Shown here: positions 31,934 through 42,400 of the stretch, in pieces
Position numbering within the stretch: position 1 is the first letter of the stretch
How the letters are laid out: every line of letters starts with the position of its first letter
DNA from: Eubacteriales bacterium
Lineage (GTDB): Bacteria > Bacillota > Clostridia > Oscillospirales > CAG-272
DNA length: 64,000 nucleotides
Direction of reading: 5' to 3'
Assembly (NCBI GenBank): GCA_045636605.1
Contig: JAZTXV010000022.1
Location: forward strand, 9,883-73,882
Translations under genes and position numbers: made by a program
The notes under the pieces: generated by a model
The model's input: the letters and a program-made list of their open reading frames with translations, nothing else
Told to the model about the DNA's origin: nothing
The model's database searches: none

Positions 31934-32093
31934 TGCCACGATAGCCCCTCGCTTGACGAAACGGAAGCACCGAGGTAGCAGGCGGAGCATTCGGTGATTT
32001 GGACCGAGCAACTCACTCTGATATTGCGAAAATTATGGCATCGCATAAGATAGTAAAGGTTGAAATCGCATAACAATTTGAACGAAAAAGCAG

Positions 32094-32121
32094 AAAAGCT
32101 CGACACAGGTCGAGCTTTTTT
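32094..32121. terminator. Bidirectional terminator
   Basis: AAAAGCTCGAC/GTCGAGCTTTT. Confidence 0.8.
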
Positions 32122-32125
32122 ATGT

Positions 32126-33400
32126 TTATATTCTGACAACCTTGCCCCACGGGGGCGTAGCATCGTCATTGTTTATTATCCAAAGCACAGGAATATCCAT
32201 AGCATCCTGCTTTTGAGGGAATGGCGCATAGCCGTCGGTTAAAATTATAACGCTTGCGGGAGGTGTGTCCATTTTGGAGCGTATGTATTGGAAAATACAG
32301 TGAAAATTCGTTCCGCCGCCGCCGATGGGACGTATGATATCAAGCTCGTCGATTGACGAAAAGGGGACAGGAGGAATGACGGTTGCGTCGAAAAAGCCGA
32401 GCCACCCCTCAAGGTGCCCGTTGAATTGCAGAAGTGCACCGCGTACCTCGTTAAAGGCGTCTGTTACCATTTCATCACTCATAGATCCCGATGTGTCAAT
32501 CATGAACAGAATGTTCTTGACGCTATCGTCACATTCGTTGTAATCGGGCAAAAAGAAATCAAAATCCCCAAATCGCTTATCGGGAGGAGAGAAGGAATAG
32601 TCGTTTATCTCCTCCTGAACGAAGCTGTTCAGCACCTCTCTCCAATTTATTTTTGCACGGCTCCTTTCAAGCAGAATCCTTTGTGCAAAGGCAGGAATAT
32701 TGCCCCACGTGTTTGACGGCTCGGAAATGGAGATTACTCTCACCGCATCCTCAAATCGCCCCGCCCATGTATCTATTATTTCGTTATCAATGTCACCCTC
32801 CACCCATCTTGAATGGTCGTCGATTGTGGAGTATTTTCCCGATGTAGAGGAGCTTCCTCGTCTTTCAAGTGTGCCGTTGCCGTCATTTTCCGAGCCGTCG
32901 CCGTCACCTGTGCCCGCACCCGTACCATCGCCCTTCTTCAAGCTGTCGGGCAGCATCTCGTAGACCTCCTCGGCAGTGTAAAGGTAGCCCTCCTTGCCGT
33001 TAGGAGCAAGATGCATAGACTCGCCGCCTGCGCTTCTTACGGTGATTTTGCTCACATTGTTGCCACAGCTGTGCAAAATATTCGAATTTACCACAATATC
33101 GCAGGCAATATTGAATGCATCGGGATTCCTTTTCCCCTCACGGAAGCAATGCTGAAGCACCACGTGTAAAATCTCGTGCATCATAACGAAATCAAGCTCT
33201 GTGTCCGAGAGTGTGTCAAGAAATGACGGCGAAAAATAGATTTTCCTTGCATCCGTTGCCGCCGTGTCAATCGTTTCGTCAAGCGCAAAGCTCATATGAG
33301 ATAAAAGAAGCCCATAGAAGCCGTGATTTGCGAGAATACGAAGCCTCGACATCAGAAGCCGAGATGCACACGCACGTGCTGTATCGGAGTTAATTGCCAT
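32126..33400 (-). CDS. DUF2201-type HExxH metallopeptidase fused to vWA-like domain
   Basis: TAATD, HEILHVV, NIACD..VN, IDDH..W, IDTSGSM, GGGGTNF, LTDGY. Confidence 0.9.
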   Translation of the reverse strand: MAINSDTARACASRLLMSRLRILANHGFYGLLLSHMSFALDETIDTAATDARKIYFSPSFLDTLSDTELDFVMMHEILHVVLQHCFREGKRNPDAFNIACDIVVNSNILHSCGNNVSKITVRSAGGESMHLAPNGKEGYLYTAEEVYEMLPDSLKKGDGTGAGTGDGDGSENDGNGTLERRGSSSTSGKYSTIDDHSRWVEGDIDNEIIDTWAGRFEDAVRVISISEPSNTWGNIPAFAQRILLERSRAKINWREVLNSFVQEEINDYSFSPPDKRFGDFDFFLPDYNECDDSVKNILFMIDTSGSMSDEMVTDAFNEVRGALLQFNGHLEGWLGFFDATVIPPVPFSSIDELDIIRPIGGGGTNFHCIFQYIRSKMDTPPASVIILTDGYAPFPQKQDAMDIPVLWIINNDDATPPWGKVVRI

Positions 33401-34502
33401 TTAAAAGTTTCCCCTTTGAATTAAGCCATTTCGTAAAAGACGGAATACTCATAAGATATCTTTTGAAATCCTCGTCAATCGCCATATAGTTTTTAAGAAG
33501 CACAACGGAGAAGTCCGCAGGAAGCCTCATGCCGTATTGTATTGATGTTTCAATGGCGCGCACGTTGTCCCTATGCTCGCTCACGTATGAGGTCATTGAC
33601 GAGATAAGAGCATACAAAACGTCTGTTTCTCTTGGTATTTCGGTGTATTTGCCCGAGAAAACATCCTCAATTCTCGGTAGCTTGTCAAACACTCTGCACC
33701 AGGAGCAGAACTCCGTTGCCGTACCGCCGCCGATGCATCCTGAGATGAGCGGATAAATTGATGTCGGATCATCTCCCGATACACGCAAAAGATTACTTAC
33801 CATCTCCCACGAGCGAGGAGTCGGGAATGCCTGATTGTCGCTTGACGTGTCGCTGTCAAGGAGCAAATCGTGCCTGAAGGACAAAAAGCCCGTAATCTTC
33901 GGCGAAATGCCGTGGGATACAGCCCAACGAAGCCACGAATCGAAGCTCGCCTCAATCTCGATGTGGCAAAGACGGTTTGCCAGAGCTCTTGGCATCTTGT
34001 ATGCAACGCTTTTGTCGGTAACCCTGTTTCCTGCAGCTATTACGATACAGTTGTCGGGAAGCCTATGCTCTCCTACAACTCTGTCAAGGGTAATCTGATA
34101 TGCCGCCGCCTGCACCGATTGAGGTGCGGCGGAAATCTCGTCGAGGAACAAAATGTTCACCACGTCATCGCTCTCGTTCATTTGGAATATCTTGGGCTTT
34201 AGCCACACTGCAAGGGTTTTGTCCTCGTTTGCCGTCGGTATTCCTCGCAAATCAATAGGATTGAACAGAAGCAGACGCACGTCAGTTACCACACACTCTC
34301 TGCCCGTAGCATCGGTGATTTCGCCTGCCAGCTGACGAACAAGCTGGGATTTACCGATACCCGGTGCACCCCAGAGCATAACAGACGGCAGATTCTTGAA
34401 CGGCGTACCCGATATGACAGCCGATATGTAAATTTTCGAAAGAGAGTCAACCGTACGGTCAACACTCAAGATAGGAATGTTCATTTTTCCGAAATCCTTC
34501 AT
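33390..34502 (-). CDS. AAA ATPase (MoxR/AAA_5-like) partner of DUF2201
   Basis: WGAPGIGKS, DLRGIP, LFLDE, IAAGNR, ALANR, FPTPRSWE. Confidence 0.92.
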   Translation of the reverse strand: MKDFGKMNIPILSVDRTVDSLSKIYISAVISGTPFKNLPSVMLWGAPGIGKSQLVRQLAGEITDATGRECVVTDVRLLLFNPIDLRGIPTANEDKTLAVWLKPKIFQMNESDDVVNILFLDEISAAPQSVQAAAYQITLDRVVGEHRLPDNCIVIAAGNRVTDKSVAYKMPRALANRLCHIEIEASFDSWLRWAVSHGISPKITGFLSFRHDLLLDSDTSSDNQAFPTPRSWEMVSNLLRVSGDDPTSIYPLISGCIGGGTATEFCSWCRVFDKLPRIEDVFSGKYTEIPRETDVLYALISSMTSYVSEHRDNVRAIETSIQYGMRLPADFSVVLLKNYMAIDEDFKRYLMSIPSFTKWLNSKGKLLNGN

Positions 34503-37500
34503 TGTGTAACTCCCAATTCATTGTCTATTCTTTTTATTTCAGCCATAAGCTGCTCGATTTTCGAGGAGTACGTATCGTCCTCGCCGAGCGCAATTTCAAT
34601 GTCTCTTTTCTTGATAAGAAGCGCCTCAAGACCTTCCTCAAGTCGCCCAAGGTGCTTTTCAAGGGCATCGAGGAAATTATCGATACGAGGCAGATAGCCT
34701 ATGCTCGAATCACCTAATTCAAGGTGATATTTTCCCTCTCTTACAAGCCAAATAAACGGCTTGTCGGCGTTCATTGCTGCGCCGAGAGTAATCATAAAGC
34801 CACGGTGCTCGAAAAGAGGCGTTTCCGTCGTCTCAAGAAGATTGTCACGCAACGCAAGCTCAAGGCGCTCTCTAAATCGCTTTCTTTGCTCCTTGTCAAG
34901 CTCCTTGTAGGTGCTTTCTCTTAAAAATTCGAGGTCACGTATCGCTTTTTCGATAATTTTCCTTTGAGTTTCTATAAGTGACGGAAGTGTATCAAGCTCA
35001 ATTCTGAGCATCTCGTGACGGCGGATTCTCTCACGCTTCAAAATAAGCAGTCTGTCAAGCTCGTTTGCCCTTTCAACCCTTTCCTTTACCAAGGGATTGC
35101 CGATAGCGATTGCCTTTACCTCGGCATAGGACAGAACCGTGTCGCAAACGTCGCTTCCCTCTCGCTCGTACATATGCCCCGAGAGAATAGAGGAAATAAA
35201 GCGTTGCTTCGTTTCGAGAAGCTGCCATGAATATGCATCAAAGCTTCCGGAGGTTATATACCTGTATATGAAAACCTTTTCGTTTTCGTTGCCCTGACGC
35301 AAAATTCGTCCCTCACGCTGTGTCATATCGGCAGGACGCCACGGCACGTCAAGGTGGTGAATTGCAATAAGCTTGTCCTGAACGTTTACGCCAAGACCGA
35401 GCTTGAATGTCGAGCCGATAAGAACCCTGATTTCGCCCTTTCTTGTCGCTTCAAATAGCCTCTCCCTTGCGCTTGGAGTGCCTGCGGAGTGTATAAATGC
35501 AATTTGCTCATACGGAATACCCCTTGTCACAAGAAGCGATCTCAGCTCGTCGTAAATGTTGAAGGATGCCTTCGGAGTGGAGTAGTCGCAGAAAACAAGC
35601 TGCGTGCCTTTTGTTTCATTGTATTCAAAATAAAGCCTTGCCACATTGTCGGCGCACGCCTCTGACTTTGAGCATCTCTGAGGTGGTATTCCCTCGTCGA
35701 TAAGACGCATATCAAGCGCCGCCTTTCGTCCGTCGGTGGTAATCATGAGCATATTGTCCTCGCTTCGCTTCACCTTGTGCGAGCGCACCTGCTCTGCACG
35801 CTCGGAGATTACCTTGAGGTAGTCCTCAAAAACCTCTGCTCGCTCGGTTACCGTATCGATGTAGCCGTCAAAAGCAGGAACGCCGGCGCTTTCGTCAACG
35901 ATGTGGAAATCTGCCACGCTCGCCAAAAGTGAGGTAAGCTCAGGCAGATTGTGAAATTTCGAGAAGCGGGAGGTGAGTCGGTACGAGCTTGTATCAACAT
36001 CAATTTCAAACTCCGTTCGCTTCTCGGCAAACATACCAATCCAACCGTCAAAGCTTGAAAGACCGAGAAGCTTCAAATCTCCGTCCTGCAGATATTTCTG
36101 CATAACAAACGCATCTGTTATGGAGTTGGTTATCGGCGTTCCCGTTGCAAGAACTACTCCACGTCCGCCGTTTTTTCGCTGAACGAAGCGTATCTTGTTC
36201 AAAATGTCCTGACATTTCGGGCTGCCCGAGGAGCTGATGCCGAGAACTCTGCCCGTATGGGTGTGTAGCGGCACGTTTTTATAGTTGTGCGCCTCGTCAA
36301 TGAAAATCGTATTTATGTCAAGCTCGTCGAAAAATATCGTGCCAAGCGACACCTCGGGCGATGCTCTTAGCGCCTCGATTTTCTTTTCGAGCGCCTTAAT
36401 TTGCCTTCCGTAACGATTGGTATATAGATTGCTCATCGCTTTGTTGTATTCCTCTATTTCGTTTTCGAGCAGCTCAATTTGCGACCGCTTTGAGAAGGGA
36501 ATAAGCTCAAAGGAGCTGTATGCCATAATTATTCCGTCGAAATCCTCGTCACGAATTTGCTTTAGCACACCTATTCGCTTCTTTGGAGTAAAGCTCTTTG
36601 GCTCTACGCAAAGAAGATTGGCATTCGGGTACATAGACAGGAAAATTTGCTTCCATTGACCTATAAGATTGTTCGGTACAACGAAAATGTTCTTTTTGGA
36701 TATGCCCGTACGCCTGAGCTCCATAGCCCCCGCAATCATAATATAGGTTTTTCCGCTTCCCACATCGTGAGCGAGCAGAGTGTTGGGTGTAAAAAGAATA
36801 CGGGCAACGGCATTTCGCTGATACGGATAGAGATTTATCTCAGGGTTAAGTCCCGGCAGAGTCAAAAACGAGCCGTCAAAATGTCTTACTCTGTTCGAGG
36901 AATATCTCGTTTCATAGATTCTTTCAAGCTCCGCCTTGCGCTCCGGCGAGGTCCAAATCCAATCCTTGAACGCTTTTACGATAATTTCCTGCTTTTCAAG
37001 CACACGCAAGGTTTTTGCCTCATTTAGACGCTTTTCCGTTTTGCCCGGAGTTGTCCTTGACGGAATCTCGTCAAACACCTCGACAGGCGACTGATTGAGC
37101 GTTTTTTCAATGATTACAAGTGCGTTCATATAGCGAGTGCCGTACGTATCGTAGCATCTGCCGCTGTATTGCGTGCCGTCGTATCTGCTCAACACGGGAA
37201 TTTCCCATATGCCCCGTCCCTCGTCGTGATAGCAGTTAAGCGCACCCGAGGGGTATTTGAAGCTTATATTGCCGAGCAGGTAAGTGATAAAATCGTCAAT
37301 CACTGAGGTGGGTAGCCACGGAGAGCCGAGAGTTACGTATATGTCATCTGTTGCAAGCCGCTTCGGCATAACCCTTTTCAACGCCTCGACGTTTTGTGAA
37401 AAGTAGCCCTTATATTTTTCATTTGCCTCTGTGGCAACACGGAGCTTTTCACGAAGCGAGCCGCTAAGGTATTCGTCCGCCGTTTCCCAGCCCTTATAGA

Positions 37501-37999
37501 AGCATTCTCCCCACGTTAGCGGATTTTGATATATAGAGCCTCGCAGGGACATGATGACGCTTTTGTAGTCTAAGCCCGTGATTGCGGCTATATATTCGAT
37601 ATCAACCCTTGCAAGCGTGTTAAGCGAGGAAATAAGCGCATCTGCCACATCGTCAGTATGCTCAAGCGGAGCACTTTGATTTGTAACGAACAGATTTTCA
37701 AAATCGGACGGCAAATCCATACAGGTGATTTCCGCAATTCGCTCATCCTCAAGGCGCTGAGCCTCCTCTAACTCGGCCATTTCATGCGCCTCTCGCATCG
37801 TAGCAAGCTCAAGAAGCCTTTTCTGCTCGGCAAGCATTCTTGCTTCCTTTTCCGCCTTGGCTCTTTCTCGTAAAGAGCGAAGCTCTAAAATAAGGTCCTC
37901 GGGATGCTGTGCGTAGTAGTTCACCTCAGACACACTTAATCGACGGTACGTCTTGAGCTCTGCCAAAAACAGCTCCAAATATTTTTGTGAAATCTTCAC
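34499..37999 (-). CDS. SNF2/DarB-like superfamily 2 helicase without methyltransferase domain
   Basis: ADEYLSG, LGSPWLP, LLAHDVGSGKT, DEAHNYKN, ATGTPITNS, DGRKAALD, GVNVQDK, PWRPADMTQREGRILRQGN; no NPPF/Y motif; GTG start with RBS AAAGGA. Confidence 0.88.
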   Translation of the reverse strand: MKISQKYLELFLAELKTYRRLSVSEVNYYAQHPEDLILELRSLRERAKAEKEARMLAEQKRLLELATMREAHEMAELEEAQRLEDERIAEITCMDLPSDFENLFVTNQSAPLEHTDDVADALISSLNTLARVDIEYIAAITGLDYKSVIMSLRGSIYQNPLTWGECFYKGWETADEYLSGSLREKLRVATEANEKYKGYFSQNVEALKRVMPKRLATDDIYVTLGSPWLPTSVIDDFITYLLGNISFKYPSGALNCYHDEGRGIWEIPVLSRYDGTQYSGRCYDTYGTRYMNALVIIEKTLNQSPVEVFDEIPSRTTPGKTEKRLNEAKTLRVLEKQEIIVKAFKDWIWTSPERKAELERIYETRYSSNRVRHFDGSFLTLPGLNPEINLYPYQRNAVARILFTPNTLLAHDVGSGKTYIMIAGAMELRRTGISKKNIFVVPNNLIGQWKQIFLSMYPNANLLCVEPKSFTPKKRIGVLKQIRDEDFDGIIMAYSSFELIPFSKRSQIELLENEIEEYNKAMSNLYTNRYGRQIKALEKKIEALRASPEVSLGTIFFDELDINTIFIDEAHNYKNVPLHTHTGRVLGISSSGSPKCQDILNKIRFVQRKNGGRGVVLATGTPITNSITDAFVMQKYLQDGDLKLLGLSSFDGWIGMFAEKRTEFEIDVDTSSYRLTSRFSKFHNLPELTSLLASVADFHIVDESAGVPAFDGYIDTVTERAEVFEDYLKVISERAEQVRSHKVKRSEDNMLMITTDGRKAALDMRLIDEGIPPQRCSKSEACADNVARLYFEYNETKGTQLVFCDYSTPKASFNIYDELRSLLVTRGIPYEQIAFIHSAGTPSARERLFEATRKGEIRVLIGSTFKLGLGVNVQDKLIAIHHLDVPWRPADMTQREGRILRQGNENEKVFIYRYITSGSFDAYSWQLLETKQRFISSILSGHMYEREGSDVCDTVLSYAEVKAIAIGNPLVKERVERANELDRLLILKRERIRRHEMLRIELDTLPSLIETQRKIIEKAIRDLEFLRESTYKELDKEQRKRFRERLELALRDNLLETTETPLFEHRGFMITLGAAMNADKPFIWLVREGKYHLELGDSSIGYLPRIDNFLDALEKHLGRLEEGLEALLIKKRDIEIALGEDDTYSSKIEQLMAEIKRIDNELGVTQ

Positions 38000-38154
38000 T
38001 TAGTCATCCTTTCTAAAATTGCGTGTCGGGAAAGCCAACGCAGGCCCGACACAAAAAACAGTATGCCGATGCTATTATTGTAGCATCGGCCGGAATAGGA
38101 AATGTCCTGGTTCTTGTGACATTTCCAAATGGGCGTTACGCCCGATTTGCAGGT

Positions 38155-38775
38155 CTATTTCTGCGAGGGAAAATATCTATCTCGCTCCTCACCTATGGTG
38201 GTGCTGTCTCCGTGTCCGGGGTAAACAGATAAGGACGCATCAAGCGACAAAATTCTCTTTAACGACTCCGATAAAAGCCTGAAATCGCCACCCTTTAGGT
38301 CTGTTCTGCCGTAGCCGCCTTTGAAAAGCGTATCGCCGACAAAAATTGCGCCCTCGCTCCTTGCCAAAACGCAAATTCCCCCGGGTGTGTGTCCCGGTGT
38401 GTGCATAATCTCTGCGACGACTTGCCCAACACGCAGGCTATCTCCTTCTTCAACGGTATGAAAATCTCCCTCGTATGCGTGCGGATGTGACAAAAGCGCA
38501 GTCGCATTGGACACACTGTCACGCAAGAAGGGAACCTCGCTTGTGTGACAAATCAACGTGGCATCGGGGAAAATAGAAGCATATTTATTGAAGTATTCCG
38601 CATGGTCAAAATGACCGTGAGTCAAAACGATATATTTGAGAGAAAGCCCTTGATTTGTCAAAAAGTCGCAAATCGGTGTACATTCCACACCGCAATCAAT
38701 GAGCATCGCCTCTTTCGAGTCGTAAAGCAAATATGAGCAGGAGCCAAGCAGTCCTGCGCCAAAGCATTTAATCAT
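38155..38775 (-). CDS. MBL-fold metallo-hydrolase (glyoxalase II-like)
   Basis: THGHFDH, TPGHTPG, GDTLF, PGHG. Confidence 0.92.
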   Translation of the reverse strand: MIKCFGAGLLGSCSYLLYDSKEAMLIDCGVECTPICDFLTNQGLSLKYIVLTHGHFDHAEYFNKYASIFPDATLICHTSEVPFLRDSVSNATALLSHPHAYEGDFHTVEEGDSLRVGQVVAEIMHTPGHTPGGICVLARSEGAIFVGDTLFKGGYGRTDLKGGDFRLLSESLKRILSLDASLSVYPGHGDSTTIGEERDRYFPSQK

Positions 38776-38969
38776 AAAATCACCTCAAGGCTTAATTTTC
38801 GCATTTGCTGCGCATATGTCAATATTCTATCATATGCGACAGATTAAGTCAAATGGTAAGTGTGACATTTTTTGCACAATCGCAGGAAATTTTGTGCATT
38901 TTTAGCAAAAAAGGTCGAATTTGTGCAATCTGCATAAAAACAAATAACAGAATTTGGTCAATGTGCTAA

Positions 38970-38999
38970 TTGACAGCATAAAAAGTAATATAGTATAAT
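38970..38999 (+). promoter_or_regulatory. Consensus sigmaA promoter of the FtsK/WXG-like operon
   Basis: TTGACA-18 bp-TATAAT. Confidence 0.7.
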
Positions 39000-39096
39000 A
39001 TTATTATATATCGGGCGTAAAATACTTTTTGCGCCCGCCTTGTAGTTTTAAAGGGACATAATTCGACATAATTCGATATAAAAAGAGAGAAATATT

Positions 39097-39462
39097 ATGA
39101 AAGAGAAGCAAACGACAATGGCGGAATGGCCGCCGACGGGTAAGACTCCGTTCAAGGAGTATATAGAGGAGCAAATGCTTTGCGCCCACGCCGAAATGTA
39201 TTCGGGAGAGACCGCATCTCCGTATTCGAGCGAGCCGTGTAGCATTGGCGACACCGCCGAGTATGAAAAAAAGCTGAGGGCATATCGCAGATGGGCAAGA
39301 AGAATAAAGAAAATACTCCAAAACGCTATTGCCGTAATTCAGCAGAAAATAGAAACACAAGCCTACAAGCTCGAAAGAGTTCGGCGTAGCCGAAAGGAAA
39401 GGGCGCAAAGGCTTATGCTCTTTGAGGACGGGGCATCGCTTAGAATAATGGCATTCAACTAA
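39097..39462 (+). CDS. Hypothetical soluble protein; apparent stand-alone copy of the N-terminal domain of the 49180/50954/53986 membrane proteins
   Basis: In-register F..I...EM.S..T.SPY...Y..K..AY pattern shared with those proteins. Confidence 0.6.
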   Translation: MKEKQTTMAEWPPTGKTPFKEYIEEQMLCAHAEMYSGETASPYSSEPCSIGDTAEYEKKLRAYRRWARRIKKILQNAIAVIQQKIETQAYKLERVRRSRKERAQRLMLFEDGASLRIMAFN

Positions 39463-39489
39463 ACGAAATTTTTAACAGGAGAAATAAAT

Positions 39490-42400
39490 ATGATAGAAAT
39501 CACAAAAATTATGGAAGTGATCGGTAGGATCAACTCCAACTGTACGACCATTGACAACCTCGAGGTAAAGTTGACAACAGAGTACAAAAGAGAAAAGAGA
39601 ACGGTAGAGTCATCGTGTACCGAAATGGTTGCGGAAATGCGACAAAAATACGATGCGTTCAAGGATAAGCATTTCCTTAGCATCAAAAGAGATATTAACG
39701 AGCTGATAGACCTTTTGAAAAAGGACTACTCTCAGGAATGGGCAAGCGTAAGTGTAAGCACCGCCGAGTTCTCTCGTAACAGCTACGAGGAAAACGAGAA
39801 GCTTCTTCACAAGATAATAGACGAGCTCAATACCGGCATCGGCAAGCTCAACGCAGTTGACTTTGATAAGCTCGTTCCACCGGTTAAAATCGAGGTAAAC
39901 GGAGAAACCTTCACAACCTTCACGGGCAATCACGAGAACAAGACAACCTACGATACCTCGACACGCAAAAGAGAGATGATAAGAGATCCCCTTCCCATCA
40001 AGGAGCTTGCAACCGAGGTGTTCGGTCACTGTAAGAGAGCCCTTGCGTGCATCGACGCATTGATTATGCTTTACGACAGACAGTTTGACATAGGCAGCTT
40101 CGCAGCCTTTGTTGACGACAGTGCGGCGGCTTGGATGGCAGAGTTTGAGTCGAAAATCCGTACAAGGTACGTAAAGAGCTTTGATGAGCTTTTTGTTGAC
40201 GAAACAGCCGGCGCAATTCCCAAGAGCTTCTTTGTGGAGCTTGACGAGGACGGCAAGAACTCCGATGTCGATGTTGTTGTAGGAGCAAGCGGCTTCAACA
40301 GAAGCATCAACATAGGTGATATCAAGCTTCTCGTTGAGGACGAGCCGAAGCACCTTAAGTACATTCAGGGAAGCCCTGTGCTTGACAGATATCTTGAAAA
40401 CGGATATCTCAGCGCACCGCTTATTCTCGACCTGAAAAAATGCGGAAATATCGTTCTTAATGTTGACGAGGAGAATTACTCCGACAAAACGATTGATTTC
40501 GTAAATCAGCTCATTATGCAATTCCTTCTTTCCTTCCCGGCAAACAGAATCAATTTCTGTCTTGTTGACGTTGATAATAAGATGGAATTTTCACAGTTCA
40601 AGAAGCTCACAAAGATAAATAATGATATCCTTCTCGGCGGCATCGTTCGTGACGACCGTAAGCTCGAGGACACAATTAAGGATATGGAAATGAGAATGTA
40701 TAAGGTAAACGACGACGTTCTCAGCTATAACGGAGTAGAGGACATCTACGAGTACAACGATCGCTTCAAGGCGAACCCGCAAAACGTTCACCTCTTTGTT
40801 CTCTCCAACTTCCCGTCGGGAATGAGAGATGAAACCGCAAGAAAGGTTCTCAAGCTCATTCAGGCAGGAAACAAGGCAGGTATTTACACAATCGTTATCA
40901 ATAACGAGTCCTGCAACCTCGGTTCAATGTTCAAGGCAAACGAATATCAGCACTTTATGCAGAACGTATCAAGCAATGCGCTTGTAATCAATAAGGTTGG
41001 CGACAGATTCACCCTTGACCTTGACACGCCAAACTACTTCGAGCCCAAGACAGACATCAGAACCTCACAGCTTGATAGCATTATCGAAATGCTCAAGGAT
41101 CACGCAACTCAGCTCAACAAGGTTGTTATTCCTCTTGAGCAAATGTTTGAGGACACCGATGCTATGGAAAAGAGCCCGAAGGGTATTCCTCCGACAGCCT
41201 CGCTTGTCGAGATTCCTATCGGTGCAAGAGGCGGAGAGCTTCAAACCCTTGCGTTGCCTACAAACGGAGACGTTCACGCAGTTGCGATCGGTGGTACCGG
41301 CTCAGGTAAGTCCAACCTCCTCCACACAATTATTATGAGCGCCTGCTACAAGTACAGCCCCGAGGAGCTCAACATTTACCTGCTTGATCTTAAGGAGGGC
41401 GTAGAGTTCAAGTATTACGAGAACCACCGTCTGCCGCACATCAAGCTTCTTGGTGTTGATCTTAAGGAGGATATCTTCTCAGCGCTCGCAATTCTTAAAA
41501 ACCTTCAAAACGAAATCACCCGCCGTGGTGCTATATTCAGAGAATGTGGCGTTTCGCAGATTGACGAATACGTTGCTAAGGGCAAAAAGATGCCGAGAAT
41601 TCTCGTTATTATCGACGAAATTCAAGAGCTCTTTGAGATTGACGAGAAAATTGGTCAAGAGGCAGTTGCTCAGCTTGCAACCTTGTTCAAGCAGGGACGT
41701 GCATTCGGTATTAACATTCTTTGGGCTTCGCAGAACGTGCCTAACTTCCCCGGACTTAAGACAAAGGTTCTCAGCCAAATTAAGAACAGAATCAGCTTGC
41801 GTCTTAACGATCCCGACGACGCTCTCAGCATAGGAATTGATCCTAAGGCAGTTAAGAACCTCAACAGACCTGAAAAGGGACTTGGTGTTATCAACGATAT
41901 TCGTTACGGTAACGACAGCGTTGAGTTCCGTGTTGCTTACGCATACGGCGTTGATGAGCGTACCACCTTCTCCGACAAGATTGTCAAAAAGTGGAAGAAG
42001 GTTACCGATGCAGTACCGCAAGCCCCGATGTTTATCGTCGGCGGAAACGAGGATCCGTCACCTATCGAGGGCGAAACACTCTTTACTCGTATTCCAACTG
42101 AAAACGACATCGTTTACAACGAGAGCGGAATGTATAACATCCAGCTCGGTCAGGACTACGTTGCAGGAAAGCCGTTTAATATCAATATTCCCATTGGCGG
42201 CGAGAAGGCAAACGTTATCGTTGCCGGCGTAGATGTCGAGATTTCAAGAGATATGATGGGCTATGCGCTCCTTTCGCTTATCGCAAACAGAGTTACCGAT
42301 AGCCAGAGCGCAAGGGAGAACGCAAAGATCTACTACGCAAACGGCGAGATGATCAACCCGAGAAACAGCTCAGATTTGTTCAACGTAATCCGTACGGATT

